From Trichoplax adhaerens (Eukaryota > Animalia > Placozoa): a stretch of DNA of 64,000 bases. The position numbers and the translations under genes were made by a program. The notes beneath the pieces are model-generated. The model was given only the letters and a program-made list of their open reading frames with translations. It did not search any database and was not told the origin of the DNA. Below are positions 1 to 14,850 of the stretch, piece after piece (the first letter of the stretch is position 1; each line of letters begins with the position of its first letter). The stretch lies in contig NW_002060946.1 in the NCBI RefSeq assembly GCF_000150275.1, forward strand, positions 6,925,855 through 6,989,854, written 5' to 3'.

Positions 1-1319
1 TGCTTTGAAGGGATGGATTAATATATTCTGTATTAAATTTTTACTGTCAGATATTTTAGTGATCCAAGTCAGTCTGATCTTATTCGATATTGCTGATGAT
101 GAAGAAAGGTGTAGGGATAAAATGACAGCATGTAGAAAGACTATTTGAGGAAAAAGAATATTGGCAGTAACAAAGTGATATTGGATTACATGATACCAAT
201 AAATATGAAATACCGTTCGTTCATTGCAATGGACAATATTGTAGACAAGTGGATTTTTAGTTGCTTAATATTGAAAATTTAGATACTATTCAACCTGGAT
301 GCTAGTTTCAATGGCTTCTCCAAAATAAATGAATGCATAATTACGAATCAGTAAGTAACAATAAAGTTACGTAAAAGGAATTACGCTTAGCTACCCATTC
401 GGAGATCGATTTCATCATTAATGCTTAATTAAGCCATGTATCCACTTTAAGAAATAATTACAAATGCAATAAGTCATCATTAAAAACTGAACGATCACCG
501 ATCGATGTTTGTGAAATTAGAAGAATGTGTAAAGAGTAAAAGACGATTAAGGAAATGTTCCTTTGCATAATGGAGCTATATCAATCTATTCTTAAATAGC
601 CATGAATCTTTTTAATCCTACTGATCATTGCTCTATAAATGATAGACCATTACCTCTATTATGACCCTTTGTACAATGTTGCAATTCACTTTTAGATTTG
701 GGATACTGTTACGCGATAGGAATAATCCTAACTTACAACAAAGGTTGAGAGTGTGTTTTGGAATCGATACTACTGTCAATTGGAATACCAATCAGTTGAT
801 ATTCCTATGCAGATAGAACTAAAATTGAGCAGAGTGAGGTCTCCAATCTATCTAGAAAATTAAAATCCAATTTAGAGTCGGTGAAGCCACAGTTTATATA
901 GGTTTAGGTACATAATATTAGCTTAACTTAATCGGTCATATTGTCTTTTAAAAATGAACCAAGCTAATACTCTAAAGAGTCTCCATTTGTACGGATTATA
1001 ATCCTATTAAATTGACTATGCAAAATTAAATTGATCTAATTTTTTATCGTTAAAGACGTAACTTAATGGGATTTAGGTGCCTAAAATCGATTTAACTAGA
1101 GCAGTCACTTAGTCTGTAAGAAATGAATTAAATTAAAGCTGTAAAGAATCTCCATTGGTACGGATTAAACGCAGTCTAATCATATCAAAATTACTGCGCT
1201 AATATTAAATTAATCCATTCATAATCGCAGTTTAACAAACATAGGTTAGGCTATCCTACTAAGCTATTTCATGTAAACTTAGAAATTGTACTTTCAACCT
1301 TAATATCATTCGAGGTGAT

Positions 1320-1700
1320 AGATACAATCTGGTTTAACGTATTAGCAATGACTATTTTAGTCTATTTAATCCTAAATTGATGATTGCCAACGTATCATCT
1401 CTTAAAGTCTAAAGCTACAATTAAGGAGACCGTAAACGTTAATGCAATCTAGATAGACTTATAGGCAATACTGCTTTAGTCTATTTAATCCTAAATTAAC
1501 GATTGCTAATGTATCAATTGTCAAGCTCTAAAGCCAAAATTAAGAAGACAGTAACATTAATACAATCTAGTTAAACTAGTTGGCAATGAATATTTTAGTA
1601 TACATTATCTCAAATTAACGATTGCTAGTGTATAACATATATAACTATCAAGCACTAAAGTCATAATTAAGGAGAACTTAAACATTACTGGCATAGAAGC
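1320..1700. repeat. Degenerate tandem repeat, ~119-bp unit, ~3 copies
   Basis: CAATCT...TTTAGTCTATTTAATCCTAAATT...GATTGC...AATTAAGGAGAC recurs at ~1325, ~1445, ~1563. Confidence 0.75.
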
Positions 1701-2649
1701 ATATATTGAAACTAATATGGAATTAATGTACACATCACGAAAATTTACTTTGATAACAGATACAAATTCCATTAAGGAATGATTAAAAAATGAGCGATAG
1801 CAGATTAAAATTGGTAACAAATACGAATACATGAAAGGAGACAGTCGATTGAGGAATACTAACATTGCCAATAGATATAATGATCCATCAGCTAGGAATA
1901 AGTTCGCTATTACTCTAAATTCGTACCGTACTTAGTCAGAGCTTCCAATGGTAACATTGATCTTCGTATGGAATGTCTTTTGCTTCTGTATATTAGATTA
2001 ATGCGATGCTAAGTTTGTTAATAATTTGTTGTAAGTAGTTACTAATTCATGTTGATATACTTTCCATGCAATGCTCTTTGCCTTTATAGGCCACACTAGC
2101 GTCATGATAATCGAATACTAACTTAGCGTGATTAATAATTGATCAATATTTGTATTCCCTCAATACAATGTCCTATGCATTCATAGGACAGAGCGAGGAT
2201 AATAGTAATCTAGAATCGAATTCGTAGCAAATAATAACTAACCCATGTTGACTATGCAAGATTCTCTCAATCGATAAATCAGTGCAAAGTAATGATAACT
2301 AACTAGTAATAATATTAATAGATCACATTAGATCTTCATTACATAGGATAGCGTCTGTATTTAAAAATCAGAATAAAATAATTACAGCTTACTGTTTGTT
2401 TATGGAAAAAAAGTCATTTAATTATTGTTGATATATCTATATAAAAGATTTCCTGTATTTCTAGTCATGATAGTGATTAATGAGAAACTAGAATTCACGC
2501 TCGTTAAACTTTACGAACTGCATACACTTATAATTTTACTTTATAATTTGTCTAAGTTACTGAGTATATTATATGTATAGGACTGCCATAACATGATATC
2601 TTTACATTATAAATTTATCAATAACAGTAATCGATTACCATGGATTCTT

Positions 2650-3290
2650 TTCCCATGAAATATTTTCTGAATTGATAAATCATAGTTAAGTGAAGAATGG
2701 TCCATATTTCTTAGCGATTTTTTTAAATACTTATTTGCTTATTCAGTCTTAAATTGATAGGTCAGAACCTCGCAAGAACTTCTGTCTCTTAGTGATTTTT
2801 CGAAATATCAATTGCTCTAATTGTTCGTTATTCATTCTTAAATTGATCAGTCAGAGTGACGCAAAAATTCATGAGTCTCGCAGTAATTTATATTCCTTGG
2901 TGATTTTTCAAAATATTTATTGCTCCAATGTTTACTAATTTATTCTTAAATTTGTATGCCAAAATCAGGCAAGAATCCATATTTTTTTGGTGATTTTTCC
3001 AAATATAAATTGCCCAAATTTTTGCTTAACTTATTTCTAAGTTGATAGGTCAAAGAAACACAAGAATACATATCTTTTGTAATTTTCGAAATATCAACTG
3101 CTCCAATGTTTGTTTAATTCATTCTTCAATGAATCGATCAGTCCACGCAATAGCTCATGTCCCTTGGTGATTTTTTAAAAATATTAATTGCTCTAATACG
3201 GTACTTGCTGATTTATTCTTAGAGTTATAGGTCAGAGTAATGCAATATTTCGTTCTGGTGATGTTTTATGAAATATTAATTACTTTAATG
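2650..3290. repeat. Degenerate tandem repeat, ~88-bp unit, ~7 copies
   Basis: GTGATTTTTCGAAATATCAATTGCTCTAA...TTCTTAAATTGATAGGTCAGA-like unit at ~2714, 2791, 2899, 2989, 3079, 3167, 3257. Confidence 0.8.
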
Positions 3291-6200
3291 CTGGTTTTCT
3301 TTCCATAAATTATCCTCTGTACTCTTACTTACATATTTCAGTTTAACGTAATGAAAATTTATTGCTCACTAATCAATATGAATCATTGATTGAATTCATA
3401 TTATTATTAGACGGGGATGTCGTCTTATATATAAGAATAAACAAGACGATGTACGAAATGTAGCTTTAAAATTGTAGTAAAAATTTTATACTTTGAATTT
3501 GATATATAGATGATAATAGCTTTGTTTTGATCAGCTTGGCAATTATTGCAACATTATGATTAAATAGGTTTCCAATTACATTTGCTTTTATATTAGATGA
3601 CAATGTTGTCAATGCTTAATCAATCAAGCTGGTTAATTAATCTCGTCTACCAGCTCAGCTTGGTATGCTTAAAATATCAGAGTATTTTAATAAAGACAAC
3701 TGCTAATACAAGATAGTTAATAGTTTCAGATGACCAATAAATTCTGACCACTCCCTACGGATAGGCATTAATATATACACATACTATGACGTAGAGACAA
3801 GACTCTTGAAAGATTTTAACTTGATTATTGATAATTGGGCCTTTATTTGATAAATGATGAATTGTTAATGATTGATGATGAAAAGTTAAACGGAGTCTAG
3901 CATAAAAATATAGCTGATTGTATAAACATTTATAGCATTACAACGAATCTAGGATACTTGAAAAGCTTCGGCCTAGATTATTGTCTAAATGAAAGAATTA
4001 ATACGCTGCTGTTATAACGCAATTCGTATGTCAACAAATTATAGCCATTAATACAAGTCTTAGCGGATATAAATATCTTTACACTGGTGTATATGTAGAA
4101 TAAATTCAGATCGATTATGAGTGAATTTTGTGATAAGTAATTATTCAATTTGGTTAAAATATGGGCTGTAGTTCGCATAATTATTTTAAATTTGTAAAAT
4201 CGATGTTTGTGAGTAGTTTAATTTTACCGGGGCACTTAAAAGGAGTATATTTTAGTGCAGGCTATATTTATAAGGGTCTGGTGTCTCTTATTGACTAATA
4301 ATACGAGATGTAAAGTTAGTATTGGATTCATTAGAATATTGCAACACTAATCGTGAATATAGAATTCTTTCTATGTCATATTTGTGAGCGTGGAAAATAT
4401 TTTCTTATTAATAATAAATGATATAATGCAATATCTGAAACACTCGATAATAAAATCTGAAATGAGGGTTCATATCATGAAACTCTTATACCTCGCATAA
4501 GTCGCGTCTGCAAGTGTCGAAAAATATTTTCTAATGAGTAATTAATAAATGTGAAATTGATATTATATTTTTAAAGATATCGCTTCATTAATTTTATTTA
4601 GACGATCGTGATATCATGGAACTATTTCCTACGTGTTATATAGATGAAAGTACACGTAAAAAATATTTCTGTTATTGGTCATCAATATTAATGATGTTGA
4701 GTCTGCTAGAATATTTCAACTAGAAAACAGGATCGCATTGCCTGCAATTCTTCTCCTGCTTATCGGTAATGTTTACATACTAGATCTTTTTATTATTAAA
4801 TGCTTAAGAATTAATATCCAGTCTATTATAATAGCTTTACTAACCCATACGGATCGTCAGGTCGTAGAATTTTTTTTGCATATAGATAATCTTTATAGCA
4901 TAAACATTTTTACTTTTAACAATAAATGATATAAGGATAGACATAAAGCTCCTAAATAATCATAGGTGGTCCAATTTAACAACATTATTAAAGAGTTTTA
5001 TTTCTAGTTGTCGGATAGATACTGGTCCCCTAGCTCTTTGCTGGTAAACAATAGAGAATAGATATTGAGCGTAGTGGAATATTTTTGTCATTGTCAAAAT
5101 TGCCGACGATGTCATGGGATTTTTTACAGATGAAATCCTGTTTACAAGTACAGCAGATATTTTTAAATTAAATTATATGTTAGGCAGTATTGAATCCATT
5201 GACTTATCATAGCTAATCTAAATCGATCTGGACATTATGAAATTCTTTACTATTTGTAGGTTAATGTTTGCAAAATGTACGGTATGTTTTCGTATTAATA
5301 ATAAATGATATACGATAGAAAACGGTCAAAAGAATTGGTATATACTAATAAATTAGATTAAGTAAGAAATATCTATTTCTACTTTATGGATTGATTACTA
5401 ATTATTCATCAATTTAAGATAGATAATTTCTGAATTTAAATTCGGTCTAATCAGATAAAGTCAATTTAATATTTAAAAAGTAGTTGATATTTGATAGTTG
5501 TTCTCAGAGCATAGATCAACAACCTCTTTTGATAAGTTAATTAAGTTGGAAAATAATGATACATAGCGTGCAAAATGATGAGATTTTACGTCAATTAAAT
5601 TATTATTTGAGTCATTATATATTTAAAGATAGCTTTCATGTGCGTAATAATTATACTATCGTCCTTTGATATTGTAATAGAGCTGAAATATATAATTATT
5701 TGGAAAACTGAATTAGGCAATTTGATATAGATTGGATATGGTCTAAGTAGGTGCACAGCGTATTGGTATGCTTGTCTTTTAGTTAATACTCTACTAGTGT
5801 TTAAATAAAAAATTATCAGCCAAATAAATGGAATATAATTATTATTGAGTACGCGAATATAGCGATGAGAAATGATATTAAATATTGGTTAAAATGTCTA
5901 TCAATGGAGCTTAAAAATCAGTCTTGTACAAGAACGGTAATATGATTGCAATATTTCCAATAGTTAAATAAGACGATAGTAGAAATTTGATGTTACTCAA
6001 GGTGATTCAATTTAAAAGTCTCTGGATTGATGAATCACTTAATTGGATGAAAATAAATAAGTCTAGCTTCAGTAAGTTTATTATGAGGAAGTCATTTACT
6101 AAAACTCAGATTTCCTTGTCATCTTAATTTGTCTATCGTCTATATTAGGTTATTATTTTCTTCTAGCGTAAAAATAAAATTTGATCACATGAATTACTTT

Positions 6201-8289
6201 ATAACTATCATTTTGGGGAATTAATCTTCAATTTTAAAATTTATTTCTTAATTAAATCGATCTTTCCTTCTACTGCAGAGCGTTTTAATGCAGCAGTTAC
6301 TATGGACGGGATTCATTTTTATCATCATGATGGAGTAGAACGTACATAATGTTGATATATTGTATTGATATCGTATAAATTTCGTCATTTTAGGGCTATT
6401 ATGTCTGTTTTTATTCCTCTAACTCTTTAATCATGCCTATCTTATATATAATATATAACACATAAGTGAGTAACATATATGATGACGGACACTGAAGATT
6501 GATGAAGTCTTTGATTTAATCTATTATAAGTGTAATACTTTGCTTAACCTTAATAAAACGTATATTATGACGATTAGACTTAACTAGGGCTGAAAGCTAA
6601 AAGAATTAAAGTCATCTACTGACATAGAGGGGGCATATCCTTGTATTCCAGCATAGCTGAAGACAGAGACAATTGTAATAATAGGATTTAGCTCACAAAG
6701 AAGATTGTTGATAAAAGATTACATATCATGGTGATCAACATTGAATACTGGTAAATTATAATTTATAGACTTAAATATACTTTTTGACTCTATCTAGTAG
6801 TATTAATATACGTATTCCGTAAGCACTTTATTATCAATTATGGTGATTAACTTTGAATGTTATCATATTCAATAAGTTACAGTAGCCATATGATAATGAT
6901 AAAGAGTACTTAAGGATAAATTTTAATAAAAAACTGGTAATAAGTAATCCAATAATACAAAGGATAGATTCATTTTACGCTATCTAGGCCTTTTATGAAT
7001 AATAGTAATAATATGACGTCAAAAACTTCATATGATCGACATTAAACGATAATTGTGTCGAGACAAATAGAAGCGCTTCAAAAATTTATTACAAACATCG
7101 TTGATATCAGACTTATTCTTATATTTAAAACATATTAATGATATTATTTTCAGTTCTTGAATAGTGAGTATCTTGTACACTGTACTTGTAGAATTACTGC
7201 TGTTTACAAACTTGGTAAAGATGTCAATGTTAATCATGGTATGCCAATACAGTATTTCTTAGCTAGAGATTTTATGATCGCTGTTATTTTACATAATCAA
7301 TCAGTTGGTTATATTGAACAAAGAATTGTATGCTCAATTAGATGTCTTTAGTTTTTAGTAGTTAATATCGCAAAACATTAGATATAAGGCGATTTTATTG
7401 AAATGATGATATACTGACAGAACTTGCAACTATGAGGCAGATTAAGTAACCTTTAGCTGAGATCATACTCCCACCTCCGTGTAACTGATGCAATTTGTAT
7501 TGTATGCGCATATTTCCTTCATAGAATTAACTCAGTCGACCTTATACAAGACCATCTAATTTTAATCCTCAGTGTCTTGCTCATTCATAAATCTATCGGT
7601 GATAACTCTGCTAATTATTATAGCTGGTATGCTATTATGGATTTATTTTATCACAGGATTGCTTTGTACCAGTATTAGTAAAATTAAAAGATGCCTTGCG
7701 TTGAGTCATATATTTTAATACCTTTTACCCCACGCTTGGTCTAAATTAATTACGAAATTTTGACGTTTAATTTACGCTATGATTCGTGTACAAAATTGAT
7801 GGCATATGCATATCCGATTGTTGCAGTATGTCTTTACTGTTTTTCTAGCTATCTAATACCTAATGAATTTTTCTAATATCAGTCACGTAAGGTAATCACA
7901 ATTATTGTTGAGTAAGTAAAGACATTTTTGATTCCTGACTAATTTCTATATTTAGATAACTATACTTTAGTACTCCTCAATAGGGATTACCTAGATTGAC
8001 TGATATGATGTCATCGGATATAATATTTTATAAATTGTTCTATATTTCTAATTATGTCATAAAAGTCATACCTGGCATATTTAACTTGGAGTTTACTCGT
8101 ATCCAAGACTTACTTTAACGGACAACCTGTACAGCAAATTATATTTAACTACGTAAGCTAACGCAAAATGCATTTTGCGATGAATCTTGTCTGATCAAAC
8201 GATTTTTTTGCTGTTGATATGGCGGCTTCTTAATAGCATCCTCTATAATCTTTTCTTCCTCACTATCTGTCCATTGAGCCTTATATAAG

Positions 8290-8680
8290 TGTAAATCGAT
8301 TATTTTGATTTAATTTCCATAAGAGTCGTTCGTGCCTTGGTACTCTTTCTATAAGTCATAGTTACTATAGTTAGCAAACGATTTGATGCTGTGCCTCTAT
8401 TGGAATATATATTTATTTTTTCCGGGATATGATCTATAAGATAGAGCAATAAAAGCAACATACGGGTCTGATATAACTATGAATCGACGATTGTGACTTT
8501 AATTAATTCCCATAGGAGTCGTGTCTTGATACTCTTTCTATGAGTCATAACTACTGTAGTTAGCGAACGATTTGGTGTTGCTCCTCTATCATAGGTGTAT
8601 ATGTATACTATATACGGAAATATATTCATTTTCCCTGAAGAATGATGTATAAAACAGAGTAATAGAAAGCATCATATAAA
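8290..8680. repeat. Direct duplication, ~188-bp unit, 2 copies
   Basis: CCATARGAGTCGT...TACTCTTTCTATRAGTCATA...TAGTTAGCRAACGATTTG in units starting at ~8294 and ~8482. Confidence 0.8.
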
Positions 8681-10758
8681 TCTTTAGTCATAATGTATAT
8701 AAATTAGATATCGGTACATAATCACTCTATTCTATAGTTTCATCAGTAGCGGTATTGTTTAATAGTTTATAGGCAGTCACTACTAAAGATGTATAGACTT
8801 TTAATCTTTAGTATTTTACTTCCTATCACCTGTCTTGTAGTTATTTTAAGCCTTTCAATATTTATGACCTATTCTAATATATAATATTTCTTATAGATAG
8901 TTACCAGGATAATTATTAAAATTAAAAAAATCAAATTAGAAACTAGAAATTAAGCGTGGTAAATAAACTAAATCTGAAATGTTTATCAATATATTGGAAT
9001 GGAGTATACGCCCAGATTGATTGACGATGGTGAATACATGTAGAGTAGACGCTTAGGTTAGTCGTTAACCTGCTTACAATTGTGGTTTCCTCTATTTAGT
9101 ACTTCTAATAAAACATAATGTTATTATTGCTATAATATTGAAGAGAATATTAACATGGTTGATATAAATATCAAAATAGTAATTGCTAAATGGATTTTCG
9201 ATCGTTGATATTGACTTAGTGTCACATGATTCTTTTACAGTTTTTTGCTGATGGTCTTATAATAATACGCCTCGATTTATTTTTGAATATTAAAAATAGG
9301 AAAGCGTTAATTTCTACGATCACGTCTATCTTCTAATCAGACATATTCTATCACGATGACTTAGATTATTACTCCTAATTATATATAATAGGAACATTGG
9401 GGTGCTGATAAAATTGATTAGCGTGATTGGTAAACGTTGTTTACATTCTGATATTGAGACCAATTTTACTCCGTCCCAGACTGAAATTAATATTTGTCCT
9501 GGATGAGAGCCAACTTTCAATATAATTTATACGGATAGTATTCCTCTGTCATTTTGTTTAGCTAATACTTTTATAGCTACTGTAACCTTGTTAATTAGAT
9601 TGTGTTATAAGCCTTTGTAAGTTGGAATGCATAGCGGGCAAATATCTATCAATGGTATATTAAAGATCTTTGTTAATGGAAAGGGAGTATTTCCAAAGGC
9701 GATAGACTTGATCAATTTCTATCCGAAACTAATGCCGAATATTCATTTTTGACCTATAGATACTATATGGTATTGATAATTATTTTCTCTCCCTACTTTA
9801 GAACGAATGAGCTAAACTCTTAATAGCTTACAGTTAATGATGTCATGAAAAAATGAATTATTATTTTTATGGAATTTTAAATGGAAATGATAATCATCAT
9901 TGCTCAAAATCTCTAGAGAAACCTTTGAAAATTCTGTCAAGTTGCTATTAACATCCACGAACTCTTTGTAGTAACTCGACATATTCAGATCAGTATGCAT
10001 GATATTTGCAAATTTTGTTAGCTTATGCCGCTAGCTTATATAAATTATTATCCCTGGTTATCTTGTAGTTATAGGAAATAAGAATTAATTGTTCTATAAC
10101 GAAAAATAGCTGTTTACGGCCATATAAATTAGTTTTATTTTAAAAATATACTCTAAAAGTATCATAAGGATGGAGTATAAATTGATTTATAAAGCCTGGA
10201 TAGGATAGCAACCTTACTAATCATCACTATAAGATGTAGATGAATATTGACAATGTTAATGATATATGATTTAAGTTTCGATAACGTAACATTTATAATC
10301 TCGCTTTTGTTATATGTGATAATATATGATAAAATGGACTTACCTGATTCTGAGGCTTTGGATCTGAACTAGCGAAGTTTAGCTAAACCTGACTGGATAC
10401 TGTTATTTTTCTAAATCGTTCAGAATTGGAATGCATAGATCTTAAAAATAAATTCATATACGCATATACTTCTATAATTTAAATTCAAATGATAATAATT
10501 AAGATAAACATCAAGGGTAATTTTTATACCCAGTATATACGTGTTGAACGAAAGTCAAAAATGTCTTGGATTAATTCAGTTACGATCAAATTGATCCTAT
10601 AGCTTCAGAATTAAAAAGAAAGTCTAGCAATCATCTAAATAATTCAAATATTAGAATATAGCTTAGTAAATGCGATGATCACTATTTTTTTATCTTAACG
10701 ATCTTGAAAGGTGTATGGAAAGAAACATTAAAGGGGGTTTTAGCTTGGTTAACAGTTA

Positions 10759-10981
10759 AGTGATTATTATCTAATTATGACTTGAATTAGAGGTAGATAT
10801 TATAGTAAGATTGAGTATTTTAGGAATATTTTAGGCGATTACTTAGGAATACAGTATGCTTTATAAATGGTGATTATTATCTAATTATGACTTGAGTTAG
10901 TAGGTACATATTGTAGTAAGATTGAGTATTTTAGGAGTATTTTAGGCGACTACTTAGGAATACAGCGTGGTTCATAAATGG
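10759..10981. repeat. Tandem duplication, 110-bp unit, 2 copies
   Basis: GTGATTATTATCTAATTATGACTTGA...GTAAGATTGAGTATTTTAGGA...TACTTAGGAATACAG at 10760 and 10870. Confidence 0.9.
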
Positions 10982-13900
10982 TGGAGCAAATTACTCATTT
11001 GCCGTTTTAATATTAAAGCTCCAATATACCTATGGCTGTCGAGATAATAAGTAAAGATAGGAAAATTTTTTAAAGTAGATGAACAAATTTAAAACTTATT
11101 GTGTTATTTCTTAATTACGTTCTCCGTCCAGCAATTTAATACATGCAAATATAGATCGTAAATGCTAGAGTAAATTAATTGCATATTATAAGACTATATC
11201 ATCTATATAGATATAACTATGAAGATGATAAATAATTATATAATAATTCTTAATTACGTTATTAGTCGAATAATACAACATAGACTAGTTAACGTTAAAT
11301 CAAATTTCTAACAGTAATTTAAGAATTTCTCTATATATAATTACTATAAATCATAGCAATGATTTACTTATCCCGGCTGCAGCTCTGCCATAATAAATAC
11401 TCTACGCAGTGGATATTATTGGGCATGAATGATTAATTTATAAGATAGCTAATTCTACATTGAGTTTTTTTGATAGTTTAGTAGTTACACCGTGACAGAA
11501 GGAAATTTTATTAAAATCGTCTTAGGATTAGATTGGAATACGCATTACCTGGTAGACTAGAAGGTTATAAGGTTGTAACCTAGCAAAATGTTGATGATGA
11601 TTAAGAGGTTTTGAGGTTTAAAGAAGAAAAAAATTTTGCAGAATGGAATTACTAAGTTAAAAGTAATTATGGAATCGGTTGAATAATAGCTGACTAAATG
11701 GTTAATTTTCTCAAACATCTTCCACTTTTATGAACTAACTGATGGTAATTAATAGCAATCTAGAGTGAAAAACTGACAATGTCAACACTAATGTAAGCTA
11801 TCAATCAAATTATTGATTTTATTATTTCGTATTCTTCCTATTTTTATTGTCTAATAATTGCAAATACGATCATTTATGAGTGTATAGTGGCGTATAAACA
11901 TTAAAATTAGCTAGCACATTGATTTTTTTGCGTTTGCGTCAATCAATTTCGATTATTATTTGCCTTATTTCAACATCTAGATCTAAAACACGTGCTGAGT
12001 GAATGTTATTGAGATCATAAAGTATACGCTATTTTTAACTGTAATACTGTTCAAAAGTTTACAATGGGGCTTTTTGCAAGTTTTAAATTCTTATTCGATA
12101 AAAATTGCGTGTACATTCTCTTAATTTGAGCGGATATAGAGCCTGTCCTGTACATTTAGCTGTATGAAGCTGTCCAATTGTTGTATATGGCTATTCTGAT
12201 AATAGCTCGATCTAGAGCATTTGTAATGCCGCTATCCAATAAAAATTAAGTCATGAAAACTGTTTTATGTTGGCCATATAGTTGACATTAGATATTGTTT
12301 CGTTAATTTCCCATAATATTTCATATCAGGGATGTTTACTTTGTTGCCATAGGATGTAAACCATAAATGAAGCAATTAGTTTGCGTCTAATTACAGCCAC
12401 ACTATGCTATTCACGTATTATTATAGGCACGTCTTCATTTTATATGACGTGCTATAGCATTAAAATAGCTACTTTTCTCTAGTAATTTAGTATTAGTAAA
12501 GCAAACAGATTCGTTTTTAAGAAGTAGCTATGCTATAGCGTTGGTTACATTTGGATTAAGTTGCAGTAGGTAACTTATTAATCCTTGTTAATCCTTCAGC
12601 TGCATTTTTTCGTAGCTATAATTGTTGATAGCCGAGTATTGAACCACGGTTCAATTAGCTGATGAATAAGCTAATGATTCATTGCATCTAAAGTATACTA
12701 TAGCGCTTAAGTCACACTCTGTAGCTAGTAAGTAAAACTCAGTTGCGAGTGTTATAGTTTAGTAGTAAATTTTCTTTTATGCTTATTTATGGGTAATACT
12801 TTTAGATAAACTTTTTACTCTTGATAAATACGATTACGATAATATGGATTGATCCTAAAGCCATATGCTATATAATTCCTTTTATTACTTTAGTAGTTAT
12901 GCTTGTATCTATGCAATATTAAGTACGATATTCAAGATGGTTTACGTCTTTTCTTCAGTATAATTTACTTCTACAGCATATGGCTTTTGTATATTTATTA
13001 TGATATGAAATAGACATTATGAACCCTTTTTATAGATGAGATATGGTAGGACTTAATTATGTTTAGACTAAAAGTAACATAAAATAATCACGATAGTGTT
13101 TTATACAAGAATAGCTAAAGAAATTAATGTACAAATTTGATCTAATGAAACAAGTGATTTTTGTTTCATGCTTGTAGATGTGTCCTTAACGATTCGAATA
13201 AGAAATTAGCAATAGCACAACGAATGATTTATGATATATTTATTTGGTATAGCAGAATAGTTAATAGATATTATTTCATTACAGAAAATATCATTCCTGG
13301 TGTTTTGCTATATCGATGATTAAAATAATTGATAATAATTTATACATTAATTAATTAATTCATTAAAGTATAAGGAAATTCAAAACATGGCTAACTTACT
13401 AAATTATTATTCTAAAGTTGAAGTTAGCAGTGCAACTGAAATTTGATCGTTATAAAATAAAAGAAAGTCATCGGAATGATTGAACTTTGTTAAAAAAAAC
13501 TTGCATCGCCTGTGAATAAGAATTCTGGGATACAGAATTATGACAAATTATTAATAATATTAATGCTACGACCAAAAGAGTTCAATCATGGACTGTTTAC
13601 AAGATGATATAGGTTACAAGCCTGTGAATAGATAGGTGATATTCTTATAGACGCTAAATAATAACATTGTAGATATCGATGAAGAGAGACACATAATATC
13701 CTTTCTATCATTTCTTATTCGAGCGGGGAAAAAAATGGTAAGTTAAAACTTGCGAATAATATATAATGGTAGCATATTGATTTTCATAATATTCTTAATG
13801 TCAATTCTTGAAAAAAGTATCTACAATCACTATATAAAAATAGTTAAGGAATTAATTATTATAACAAGTGAATGTGTAGTTTATAATCTCACGGTGGAAT

Positions 13901-14319
13901 CGAAATTATTTTAGAGTATAGAATAGCTCATCTTAGGTACATATAGAATGCCTTATCAATTAATTTTTACTATCTTTAAAGGGGAAGTCAATAATTAATT
14001 CTATCTAATATCAAACTATAAATAGTGTGTGCACTATTTTTTTAAATCAAGAGTTATGAATTGATAGAAATAATAGATTTCGAAACATTTTACTATTCAA
14101 TTTCTATTAGTATCGGTAGCAAATTTATGATATTTCATGTAAAAAACGTGTTATTAGTGAATAAGAGTGGGCTATATTAAACAAGAATAGCTGATTTGTC
14201 ATATAAAATGAAGTTACTGATTTATCGATAAAAATAAAAACGTGCCAAATTAAATTATATAGTGTCGCAAATTGTTATACATATTAGAGAGGAGTTATTG
14301 ATAGTTTCATATGATTACA

Positions 14320-14850
14320 TTAAACAGTGACTCCTTCTTCAATCCACGCCATTATATTTCCTTCCCAACCAGGTAAAATATCATCATCATCGAACAACTA
14401 CGGTCAGATACGTAGATATAGGTTAGCATGGACATTTTTTGAATACCAATTTTTTGTAAAATCAACGACTTTAATTTACAGTTGAAAATTATACCATTAA
14501 ATTTACCTCTTTCTTGACAGTTCCAAATTCAGGATCTAGTTCTTTAAAGTAATAGTGATAGTAGCCGGTGAAATTTAAAATCTTTTTAAAATCTCCGAAT
14601 GTGATTTGTCCAAGTCTACAGATAGTCAAAAATTGCTGTTAAAAAACGCTAATTGTAACATGAAACATAGCCTCAAGCTGTATAATTTCTATTCTCAACG
14701 TCGTAGCTTAACATTATTTTTATAAGATGAAGTAAAATATCGCCTAATGGTAGGATGGAACCAAAGATTAGCTATGCAGATCACCTTTTGTGGATCAGAA
14801 AAGTGGATGGCTTAGTTTCGCCTTCTAGATGATAAGATACTTTGGTCACT
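14320..14850 (-). other. DIX domain-coding region (3 exons) of Dixin
   Basis: TKVSYHLEGETKPSTFLIHKRLGQITFGDFKKILNFTGYYHYYFKELDPEFGTVKKELFDDDDILPGWEGNIMAWIE; LDPEFGTVK and PGWEG are the Dixin-type DIX signatures. Confidence 0.95.

Noticed and set aside
6680-6700. GGATTTAGCTCA resembling a tRNA A-box
   Set aside because: No cloverleaf or B-box downstream.
13651-13737. Plus-strand exon-like segment (TAG|...ATG|GTAAGT, 29 open codons)
   Set aside because: Isolated; no recognisable protein similarity or partner exons.
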